The notes beneath the pieces are model-generated. The model saw only the letters and a program-made list of their open reading frames with translations. It had not been told where the DNA came from and made no database searches. A program made the translations under genes and the position numbers. Source: Armatimonadota bacterium (GTDB lineage Bacteria > Armatimonadota > SYMT01). Taken from it: a stretch of DNA of 64,000 bases. Below, piece after piece: positions 38,208-47,122 of this stretch (position 1 is the first letter of the stretch; every line of letters begins with the position of its first letter). The stretch covers positions 320,001 to 384,000 of the forward strand of contig JAWLHY010000004.1 of assembly GCA_041690135.1 (NCBI GenBank), written 5' to 3'.

Positions 38208-38533
38208 CCGGCCGTCACCGGCTCACACGGCACGGCCGGTGCTAACCTACGGCCTGGTAGGCGCCGGAGAGCCCTGCTCTACATCGGTGCCTATTCAGGA
38301 CGACAGCGAAGCCCTGAGTCGATACCTGGACGGGTGCGTGGAAAACAACTCTCGGCCGCACTTTACGCAGCGGTCCCGTGGAGTGTAGGGCCGGAACTCC
38401 GTCCCGGCCACGCTACGCAAACGGTACAGGTCCCGGCAACCCCATACTGGCTATGGGGACTATGCCGGCCCAAGGGTGCGGGGCGAATGCGGAGCAGGAC
38501 AGGCGTTAGGAAGCCGGCCATGCTCCGCATTCT
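38208..38533. ncRNA. Candidate multi-hairpin structured RNA
   Basis: About seven consecutive hairpins in a 470-bp gap between convergent genes. Confidence 0.3.
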
Positions 38534-38596
38534 TAAGGTCAGACTTGCGGATTACCACCAGGAAACCCGCAAGGGTCGAAGAGTTTCACGCCCGCC

Positions 38597-39703
38597 TTAC
38601 TGCACCTGCATCGGCATGATGACCATCAGGTAGTCATCGCCTTCCACGGGGCGGACGACGGCAGGGCTGAGAGGCTCCGTGAGCTCCAGGAAGATCCCCT
38701 CGGAATCGACCACGCCCAGCACTTCCAGCACGTAGGTTACGTTGAAGGCGATGCTGATCTCGTCGCCCTCGCGCGCGATCTCGATCTCTTCGTGCGCGCG
38801 GCCTTCCTCGCCTTCCGCGGTGATCAGCAGGCTCTCCCCGGAGGCGCTCAGCACCACGCGGTCCTTCGCGGCGGCGTCGCGAGCCACGATGCGGGCGCGG
38901 CGCAGGGAGGACTGCAGTTCGTCGCGCTGGATCGTGAGCCGGCGGGTGTGGGTGGAGGGGATCACCCGCTCGTACTTGGGAAACTGCCCCTCGATGAGCC
39001 GGGAGATGAGGGTGACCTTGGGCGTGCGGAAGAGGACCTGGTTCTGATCGATGCGGACCATGATCCGCTCTTCCTCGTCGTCGCTCAACACGCGCATCAG
39101 CTCGTTCATGGCGCGGACCGGCACGATCACGGTGGTGTCCCCGGAAGCGTCGGCCACGGTGGCCGTGCGGACCGCGAGCCGGTGCGTATCGGTCGCAATC
39201 AGGCGGAGCGTATTGCCCTGGATCACCATGCAGATGCCGGTAAGGATCGGCCGGGTGTCATCGTCCGAGGCCGCCAGCGCCGTCTGCCGGATCATGTTCT
39301 TCAACTGCGCCTGGGACAGCTCCACCACCACACTGCCGCCGACCTCGGGCAGGGCCGGGAAGTCCTCGGCGGAGAGGCCGTGCATCCGGTACTCCGACCG
39401 CCGGCAGCAGATGATCAGGTTGTCGCTGTCGTCCGCGGCCACGGAAACGTCCGCTTCCGGCAGCGCCGCCACGATTTCACTGAAGGTCTTCGCCGGCACC
39501 GTCAGCGAACCTGGTTCCTGCACGTTCGCCTGCACCAGCACCTCCACCCCCAGCTCCAGGTCGGTGGCGGAGAGCTTGATCGAGTCCGTGCCCGGCTCGA
39601 TGAGCACGTTCTTCAGAACGGGGAGACTGGTATGGGCCGAAACCGCCCGCTGGACGATCTGGAGGCCTTCGTAGAGCTCTTTACGAGTAACGGTCAACTT
39701 CAT
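38597..39703 (-). CDS. dnaN: DNA polymerase III beta sliding clamp
   Basis: ATDLE, RPILTG, ATDTHRL, SRLIEGQFPKYERVIP, IMPM. Confidence 0.97.
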   Translation of the reverse strand: MKLTVTRKELYEGLQIVQRAVSAHTSLPVLKNVLIEPGTDSIKLSATDLELGVEVLVQANVQEPGSLTVPAKTFSEIVAALPEADVSVAADDSDNLIICCRRSEYRMHGLSAEDFPALPEVGGSVVVELSQAQLKNMIRQTALAASDDDTRPILTGICMVIQGNTLRLIATDTHRLAVRTATVADASGDTTVIVPVRAMNELMRVLSDDEEERIMVRIDQNQVLFRTPKVTLISRLIEGQFPKYERVIPSTHTRRLTIQRDELQSSLRRARIVARDAAAKDRVVLSASGESLLITAEGEEGRAHEEIEIAREGDEISIAFNVTYVLEVLGVVDSEGIFLELTEPLSPAVVRPVEGDDYLMVIMPMQVQ

Positions 39704-39739
39704 GGACTATCTCCTCTTGAGCGAGAGTGGGTTCTGGGT

Positions 39740-40460
39740 TTGCAGGTTGGAAGGTTGAAAGTTGAAGGTTGAAAGTTGGGTGTTCAGGCGCTAGGCGTTC
39801 GGCCACCCCTCGGGTGGTAAACATTCAGCCATTCGGACAGTTGGGGTTGGTCAGGTGGTCAGGTGTTCGGGTGGTCAGGTGGTTAAGCGGTTACGCCAAC
39901 ACTCGGCTGATGTGCATACGGGCGCCGGGGAATGCCCACGATCGTCATTGCGACGCATGCGTCCGTATGGAGGAGCGATAAACCCGCAGCAACTTTCCCG
40001 AGCCCGATGAGCCTCCCGCCGAAGCAACAGGGTTCCTGAACCAGCACCCGTAAGCGACGCGGCAAGCCCCCTGGTCAGGGAACCTGTTATTACACGGGCC
40101 TCTTTATCCTTATCCTTATCCGTCCCGCCCCCTGGTCAGGGAAGTTGCCCTTACGCGGACCGCAGGCGGATTCAATTTTTGCAGATGCTGCCCTCTGTCG
40201 CCCTTTCAGGGCTCTTTGTGTGGGTGCAAAGCAGTCCGGGGGTTCGCACCCCCGGCTAACCCCTGTCGCCCCTCTGGGGCTATCGATCCGACCATACCGA
40301 AAACTGAACCACCCTGACAGGGACCGGAAACCATTGGTCAGGGAACCTGTCATTACACGGGACTCTTTATCCTTATCCGTCCCGATCCTTATCCGCCCCG
40401 CCCCTGGTCAGGGCACCTGTTCTGCGACGAAATTCCCAGTTCTAATCGTAGTCCTGGTCC
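39740..40460. repeat. Composite intergenic repeat cluster including gccctttcagggc REP doublet
   Basis: 7/8-mer STRs, ~120-nt element, ctggtcaggg units, REP palindromes. Confidence 0.85.
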
Positions 40461-40762
40461 TAATCCGCCGAAGGCCTCCCCGTGCCGATCCCCAGCACGA
40501 GTTGCCCGGGCGGCACGGCGGGTACGGTCGCAATATCCAGCTCCTCGGCAAGGGTGGCCAGGGCGGACTGGATGAACGCTTCACTGGGGACGGCGGGCGT
40601 GGTCGCGGCACGCAAAACGTCCACCGCCATCCGCAGGCCGTCCACCTCGGCGCGGCAGGACCCGCAGCGGAGCAGGTGACGCTGGAGGTGATCGCACGTC
40701 TCCTCCGGCAGTTCCCCATCGATGTAGTTACCGGTCAGCGGCAGCACGTCGCGGCAGGTCAT
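40460..40762 (-). CDS. Zinc-finger anti-sigma factor (ZAS)
   Basis: MTC..YIDGEL..HLLRCGSC (HxxxCxxC); ATGA overlap with sigma stop. Confidence 0.88.
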   Translation of the reverse strand: MTCRDVLPLTGNYIDGELPEETCDHLQRHLLRCGSCRAEVDGLRMAVDVLRAATTPAVPSEAFIQSALATLAEELDIATVPAVPPGQLVLGIGTGRPSAD

Positions 40763-41349
40763 TCTGCGGCCTCCCCGTCTTCCTCTTCCAGCGCCCTCAG
40801 CGCCTCTCGCAGCGCCCGGCGCGCCCGTTGGTGCAGCGACCGCAGCGCCGTCTCGCCCTTCCCCAATACCTCGGCCGTTTCCCGGGCTGATAGCCCCTGC
40901 ACATCGCGCAGGATCAGCGCCACGCGGTACTCCTCCGGGAGGCGGTCCAGGGCCGCTTCCACCAGGTAGCGCAGGGCCGTGCGGTCCACCTGGTCCACCG
41001 GCGTCAGCAGCGAGGTCGCCTCTCCCAATTCTTCCAGCGGTAAGGTCAGCAGCCGGGGACGCCGGAGCCGGTCGAGACAGAGGTTGCGCGCAATCCGCAG
41101 CAGCCACCCCTCGAAGCTCCCCTCGCCGCGCAACTCCGGGGCGAACCGGAACACGCGCAGGAAGGTGTCCGTAACGACTTCCTCCGCATCTTCCCGGCTC
41201 CGCAGCATCGCGTGGGCGAAGCCGAAGACCCGGTGGACGTAGCGACGAAAGAGATACTCCATCGCCGCGCCGTCCCCCTGGCGGACCCGGTCGACCCAGT
41301 AGTCGTCTTCGGAGCCGGGGGGTCTCATCGGCCCTCTTTGGGCGTCCAC
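40759..41349 (-). CDS. ECF RNA polymerase sigma-70 factor
   Basis: DAEEV..FL, FEGWLLRIARN, region 4 HTH. Confidence 0.93.
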   Translation of the reverse strand: MDAQRGPMRPPGSEDDYWVDRVRQGDGAAMEYLFRRYVHRVFGFAHAMLRSREDAEEVVTDTFLRVFRFAPELRGEGSFEGWLLRIARNLCLDRLRRPRLLTLPLEELGEATSLLTPVDQVDRTALRYLVEAALDRLPEEYRVALILRDVQGLSARETAEVLGKGETALRSLHQRARRALREALRALEEEDGEAAE

Positions 41350-41596
41350 AATGCAAGACGCAGGCGCACGGCAAAATTCATCGCGACTTTTCGGGCAGTG
41401 GGAAAATCTTTTTGGCGGGTTGGAAAACGGGGAGTCGTGACACCGCCAGCTCCCCTGGAAGAAGGCCGCGGCGGCAGGGCAGACGAGAGGAATGGACGCT
41501 CGGACCGCCGGCCCTTCAAGGAATGTGGGGCGGTTCGGCAGGGGATTCTAGCATGGATGGCGCCGGGGCAGTCAGGAATCCGGGTGCCTGAAGGTG

Positions 41597-44212
41597 TCAG
41601 GGAAGCGGTCGGACCGCTTCCTTCAGCGCGGCGAGCACCGCCTCCGGTTCCGTGCCGAGCACGTGGACGTACAGCGGCTCGTTGCGGACCGGGAACCGTA
41701 CCATCCCCTTCTCGGACTCGGCGGCGCGGGGGTTGCCCATCAGGTTCAGGACCCGCACCTTCTGCACATCCAGCTTCACCGCTACGTCCAGCGGGGCCAC
41801 CAGGGCAGGGGGCGACCAGAGGACCATCAGCGTGTGGCGGCCCCGGCGGAAGAGGTAGGCCTTCAGGTCGCGGCGCTCGACGCGGTCGAACGGCTCGGCC
41901 CCTTCCAGGCTACGGGCGCAGCCGGCGTATGCGGCCAGGGTAGGCTTACCGCTGCCGTCGTAATCCAGCAGCGCCCAGTTGTTCTCCAGTAGCCAGTCGA
42001 ACATCCGCGGCGCCCCGATCTCCTGCCACACGTGGTAGTAGAAGAAACGGCGTACCCCGTTGGCCCGGCTCAGGACCAGCATCTTGGCCAGGGCGCGGGC
42101 GGCGGCGCGGCCCTGTTCCTCCGCGCCCAGCCAGGAGTAGTAACTCGGGCAGCCGATCCCGCCTTCGGTATTCCAGAGCTCCGCCTTCTCGGCGCCGGCC
42201 AGGTCCAGCTTGCGGCGCAGGGCCTCGTACCACTGGGTAAGCCGGTCCCGGCCGCCATCGTTGAAGGTCACGGCCGCCGGATCGAAGTACTGGTGGTAGC
42301 TCATCGGCCCCACCGCGCTCGCCAGTCCCTTCGCCAGCGCCCGGTCGGTAAACTCCGGCTGCGGCACCCAGAAGCCGCCGCCCACTACCTGCGCCTGCGG
42401 ATCCGCCTCGCGGAGCACGCCGCCGGCGGCCTTGGCGATCTCCGCGTACTTCTCCGGAGACCCGGCCCACCACCGCCGCGACCACGGCTCATTCCAGATC
42501 TCATAGGCGTCGACCCGCCCCCGGTAGTGGCCGGCGACCTGGCGGACGTAGTTCCCGAAATCGGTGATCCGCGCCGGGGGCCACGCCATCCGCTCGGACC
42601 GCTCCCCACCGGGGTCCTGGCCCGCCCAGTCGGGGGTGCGCGCCAGCACGCCCAGGAGACTCAGACCGCGCGACCGCAGCCCATCGATCTCCCGGTCGTA
42701 CCACTGGAACTTTCCGCGCTCCGGCTCGGCGACCGCCCACTCTGTATAGGCGCCCAGGTCGTGCAGCCGCCACCAGCGCATCCCGGCCCGGGCCGCCACG
42801 GAGGGTGCATGCCATTCTCCGGGGCGCCCCACGCTGCCGTGCCCACCGAAGAAGGAGTCCGGGTTCGGTTTCGGATCGAGCTCCGGCAAAGCGGTGAGGA
42901 TCGTCTCCGCCGTCGAGACCACCTGGTCGCCCACCAGCCCCTCCAGCCGCAGCCGGACCGTCCCCCGCATCGGGATGCGGATCTGGATCGGCTGCTCGGC
43001 GTGGGTCGGCCCCGCCTTCAACTCGGCGCGGTAACGGGAGATGTTCTCGCCGTAAAAGCCTTCGAGGCGGAGCTGGACGGCGGCGCCCGCGGGGATCCCC
43101 TCCCGCGCGTAGACCTGCACCGGCACCCCGATCGCCTGGTCGGGTTGCGGGAAGAGGCGGGCGCGCGTGAGACCAGAGGCCAGCTCCAGCACGCCCGCCG
43201 GCCGGTAGTCGGTGAGGTCCCCCTCCTCGACCTGCACCGCGTCCACGTCGATGCCGTGGGACCGGTCCTCCGGCGCCAGCGAGAGGAAGTAACGGTCCGA
43301 GCGGCCGCACGGCGCGGTGAAGCTGAAGGAGTGCCGTTTCCATTCCGGGGTCAGCGCGAACGTTTCGCGGGCGCGGAACTCGTTGCCGGCCTCGATCACC
43401 GAGACCTCTGCCCGGGCCTCGGGGCGCTGGCTGCGGAGGAGCAGGCTCACCGTGTACTTGCGGCCCGGCAGCGCGGTGAACGGCCGGCACTGGAGCGGGA
43501 AAGGTCCGGGCAGCCACCGCGCGAACCGGCGGCCCTCTGGGGTTTCGGCCTCGACCACGGCGATCGACTCGCCCATGGTCCAGCCGTCTTTCCCCAGCTC
43601 GAAGCTGCTGTTCTGGACCCGGTTGCCCTTCACGGCCGGCCCCAGCGCGGGCTCCGGCTCAACGGGCAGCTCTCCCTCCGTCACCCGGAGCGCGTCGATC
43701 CAGAGGGTGCCGGACCCCGCCAGCGCCAGCGAGAGGACGGCCGCCGGATCATCCTGCTCGGGCCGAACCTCCAGCACGCACCGCCGCCACTCCGGCCCCA
43801 CGGAGAACCACCGGGCCGCATGGGGCGCGGCATTGCGGCCCGTTCGTCGTACCGACAGCAGCACCGGCGCCCGCACCGCCTCCGCGCGCAGCCAGGCCTC
43901 GACGAAATAGACCGACCCCGTCTTTACGGGAAGGCCGCCCCGCCGGATCTCCATCGCACCCGCATCCCACGCCGGCACGTCGACCCGCAGGGCCCCTTTG
44001 CCCTCCCGGACCTGCTTCCGCTCCTGCGAGAAGTGGACGCTCAACTCCCCGTCACTCGCATCCACCCACCCCGCCGGGATCCCCCGCTCTCCCTCCTCGA
44101 ACCGCTCCACCAACGGAAACGCCGCCTCCGGCCCCTGGGCCACAGCCGATGGCACCAGGAGAGCGAACGCAGGAGCGAGGAGCAGGGGGAAGAGGCGTTG
44201 GGCGTTGGGCAT
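41597..44212 (-). CDS. Secreted glycoside hydrolase (GH-A clan) with CBM4_9-like domains
   Basis: Signal peptide, NSSFE..DAVQVE CBM-like, YEIWNEP and WNTEG catalytic motifs. Confidence 0.85.
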   Translation of the reverse strand: MPNAQRLFPLLLAPAFALLVPSAVAQGPEAAFPLVERFEEGERGIPAGWVDASDGELSVHFSQERKQVREGKGALRVDVPAWDAGAMEIRRGGLPVKTGSVYFVEAWLRAEAVRAPVLLSVRRTGRNAAPHAARWFSVGPEWRRCVLEVRPEQDDPAAVLSLALAGSGTLWIDALRVTEGELPVEPEPALGPAVKGNRVQNSSFELGKDGWTMGESIAVVEAETPEGRRFARWLPGPFPLQCRPFTALPGRKYTVSLLLRSQRPEARAEVSVIEAGNEFRARETFALTPEWKRHSFSFTAPCGRSDRYFLSLAPEDRSHGIDVDAVQVEEGDLTDYRPAGVLELASGLTRARLFPQPDQAIGVPVQVYAREGIPAGAAVQLRLEGFYGENISRYRAELKAGPTHAEQPIQIRIPMRGTVRLRLEGLVGDQVVSTAETILTALPELDPKPNPDSFFGGHGSVGRPGEWHAPSVAARAGMRWWRLHDLGAYTEWAVAEPERGKFQWYDREIDGLRSRGLSLLGVLARTPDWAGQDPGGERSERMAWPPARITDFGNYVRQVAGHYRGRVDAYEIWNEPWSRRWWAGSPEKYAEIAKAAGGVLREADPQAQVVGGGFWVPQPEFTDRALAKGLASAVGPMSYHQYFDPAAVTFNDGGRDRLTQWYEALRRKLDLAGAEKAELWNTEGGIGCPSYYSWLGAEEQGRAAARALAKMLVLSRANGVRRFFYYHVWQEIGAPRMFDWLLENNWALLDYDGSGKPTLAAYAGCARSLEGAEPFDRVERRDLKAYLFRRGRHTLMVLWSPPALVAPLDVAVKLDVQKVRVLNLMGNPRAAESEKGMVRFPVRNEPLYVHVLGTEPEAVLAALKEAVRPLP

Positions 44213-44259
44213 TGGGCGTTGGGGAGAAGGAGCGCGGACGTCTCGTCCGCCGGAGGGGT

Positions 44260-45035
44260 CTGTTCGGGTGTTCGGGCGGTCAGGTATTCAGGTGTTCGGG
44301 TGGTCAGGTATTCAGGTAGTCAGGTGTTCAGGTGTCCGGCCAGCCCGCGGGTGATAACAATTCAGACAATGTCCACCATCGTCATTGCGACGCATGCGTC
44401 CGTATGGAGGAGCGATGCATCTGCACCAACTTCTCAGCCGAGATCAGCACTTTGTCGAAGCACATTTGTTCTGTTTGGATCCCGCAAGCGACGTGGCAAG
44501 CCCCCTGATCAGGAAACCCCGGCACAGACCTGCACAGCTTGCACCCGTACTGCCAAACCCAGCCGGATCAGGCAATGTCTACGATCGTCATTGCGAGGAG
44601 CGAGAGACCAGCACTAACATCTCAGCCTCGATGAGCCTCCCGTCGAAGCACATCGGTCCTGCCCTGATCCTGTAAGCGACGTGGCAAGCCCCCTGCACAG
44701 GGAAGTTGGCCTTACACGGTCCGGCAGCCGCAACCCTGAGAACTCGTCATTACACGGGACTCCTTGTCCTAATCGTAATCCTAGTCCCAATCAGTCTCGC
44801 CCCCTGGTCAGGGCACCTGTCATTACACGGGACTCTTTATCCTCATCCTTATCCATCCGCTCCCTGGTCAGGGCACCTGCCCTGCAACGGGACTCCTAAT
44901 CCTCATCCAAGTCCTAATCCGTCCCGCCTCTCTTCTTCGCGCCTTTGCGTCTTTGCGAGAGATTTCCCTCCGGCGCAGCGTCTTTGCGAGAGACCTTTCC
45001 CCTCCGGCGCAGCGTCTTTGCGAGAGACCTTTCCC
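44260..45035. repeat. Composite intergenic repeat cluster
   Basis: 8-mer STR, two ~120-nt elements, ctggtcaggg units, 3x gcgtctttgcgagaga tandem. Confidence 0.85.
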
Positions 45036-45045
45036 CGCCGGCTCC

Positions 45046-45798
45046 TCAGCGGAATTGTTCCAAATCGCCCCGGTAGACCAGTCCGAGGACCTCCCGAGAG
45101 CGCGCGACGTTGCAGGTGGCGTCCGCTTCCGGCGTGCCCACGATATGGAAGATATCGAAGTCAATCGTCTCCGTCTCCACCGCCAGGCGGGCGGCCTCGG
45201 CCAGGTCGTGGCGACAGACCCAGCCGTTGCGGGTGCGGGCGCCTTCCGTGCCGAGCTTCTCGCGGAAGCGGCCCAGGCCGATGCGGGTGTCAACGATATA
45301 GTCGGGCCGCAGGACGATGTTCCTCTGCCCGTGGGCATCGTAGAAACTCCGGCACATCTCCTCCTGCAGGCGCTTGGTGAGAGGATAAATGGTCCCGCCC
45401 GGGCGCCGCACCTCCGCGGAGAAGAAGTGCCCCTGGGGGTGCTCGGTCTCGCAGGAGCCGATGTGGACCACGTGCCGAATCTCCCGGCGGCGCGCGGACT
45501 CCAGCACGTTCCAGAGCCCCTTGAGATTGATCATCCAGGGCAGCGGATCGTCGTCACCCTGGCCGAAGTAGACGGCGGCGTGGATGATGCCGTCCACCCC
45601 CTCGGTGGCGTTCCATACGGTCTGGAAGTCGGAGATATCCCCGGTGAGCCGCTCGCCCGTCCAGGGACCGTCGATATCTTCCCAGGCCTGCCAGGCCTCT
45701 TCCGCATGGTCGAAGGCGACCACGTCATGCCGCCCCTGGAGGTTGTCGAGGATGGCGCGCCCGAGCCAGCCCGCGGCGCCGAAAACGAGGATCTTCAT
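45046..45798 (-). CDS. NAD-dependent epimerase/dehydratase (extended SDR)
   Basis: GAAGWLG, HAA, YPLTK. Confidence 0.9.
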   Translation of the reverse strand: MKILVFGAAGWLGRAILDNLQGRHDVVAFDHAEEAWQAWEDIDGPWTGERLTGDISDFQTVWNATEGVDGIIHAAVYFGQGDDDPLPWMINLKGLWNVLESARRREIRHVVHIGSCETEHPQGHFFSAEVRRPGGTIYPLTKRLQEEMCRSFYDAHGQRNIVLRPDYIVDTRIGLGRFREKLGTEGARTRNGWVCRHDLAEAARLAVETETIDFDIFHIVGTPEADATCNVARSREVLGLVYRGDLEQFR

Positions 45799-46217
45799 GC
45801 CTCTCCGTTCGGCCAGCCGGCACGCAATGCCTCCCTGCGTGATGGGGACGGGATTCTCACCGCCAAGCCATACGGCCCGTAGGGGACGCCAAGAACACCA
45901 AGAGGACGGAAGAGTGGAGAGTGGGAAAGGTTAGGATCTTTCAAGGAATAACCACCTCGTCCAGCTCAGCCCGTACCGGTTGAGCTGTTTCCAGGTGTGA
46001 GGTTACTCGCCAAACTGTAACGTTTGTTGCTCGACACGCCCCGAGGACGTGTCGCCTCGTCACTCTCTCGCTGGTGGCTATCCAACGCGGTTGTGGAATC
46101 CGAGAGCCCCGTGGGGCGTCTTGATCGTAGCCAGGCGGTTACCAGGGCGGCACATCTGGTGCGGCACAACATTCGCTGCCGCCGAAGCCTTCCTGCGCGT
46201 CGCATTTCTTCCGACAG

Positions 46218-46949
46218 CTAGAGCCGCCCATCGCCTGGCGGGCCGTGCACACGAGAAGCTGTAATGCACCCAATTCCGCCGCCTGACGGAGCCCCTGCCC
46301 GGTGGATGACGAAGTAGTGCCCGGCGCGGGTGTAGGTAACTCCCGGCATTTCCCGGTCGGCGGCCCGGGCCAGGTGTGTCACCGCTTCTTCGGCGGTGAT
46401 GTTGGCTGCCTGCAGGCTCACCGGAATCGCCGCGACATCGGCATCCACCCGCACGCGAGCTTTACGGGAAGTGAACGTCTCCCGGACCGCCTCCGCCAGA
46501 GGCCTCCGTTCGGCAGCCACGCTCACGATCTCCCGGCGGGCCTTCCGAACGTACTCCGCCGGGGAGTCCTGCCCATCGCGCGTCCACCGGAGCTTTACGA
46601 TGTAGATGTTGCCTTCCCGCGAATACACCACATGGGCATCTTTCTCCCAGGCGGCGCCGACCAGCAGCGGGAGTGCGTTGATCCAACTGATCCCTCGAAT
46701 GTGAAGCGTGATGGGAGGGTCCGGCACGTTCGGATCGATGGCATACTGCGGGGGAAAGTTGGGCGTGAACGTCTCGCGCGGGAGGCCCTCGCCTTGGAAG
46801 AAGCGCCGGAATGCTGTCTTCAACGGCACCCGCTCAAACTGCAGGGATACTTTGGTGTGCTCCGGGCGGGGCTCCTCGGCGGGCTGCGAAGGAGACGCGC
46901 ACGCCGCCGATGCCATAATCAACGCGAGTGTAAGGATGACCTTTCACAT
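46218..46949 (-). pseudogene. Exported hypothetical protein with STN-like repeats; in-frame TGA at codon 2
   Basis: GGAGGG RBS, then ATG-TGA-AAG-GTC-ATC.. reading M*KVILTLALIMASAACA; could restart at TTG 46922. Confidence 0.55.
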
Positions 46950-47122
46950 GCGAGCCCTCCACAGGCCGGCGGGCCGGCACCCTCCGGCACACCGCACCCA
47001 TTGGACGTGCGGGCTCATCTGTCGGTTGCATCGCGTTTCCGCCCCGGCGGCGTAGCCTTGGCTGGAGTGATTCCTTTTCCCAGCGGGTCCACCAGGGCCA
47101 GCGAGCGGAGGGAGCCGTTGGG

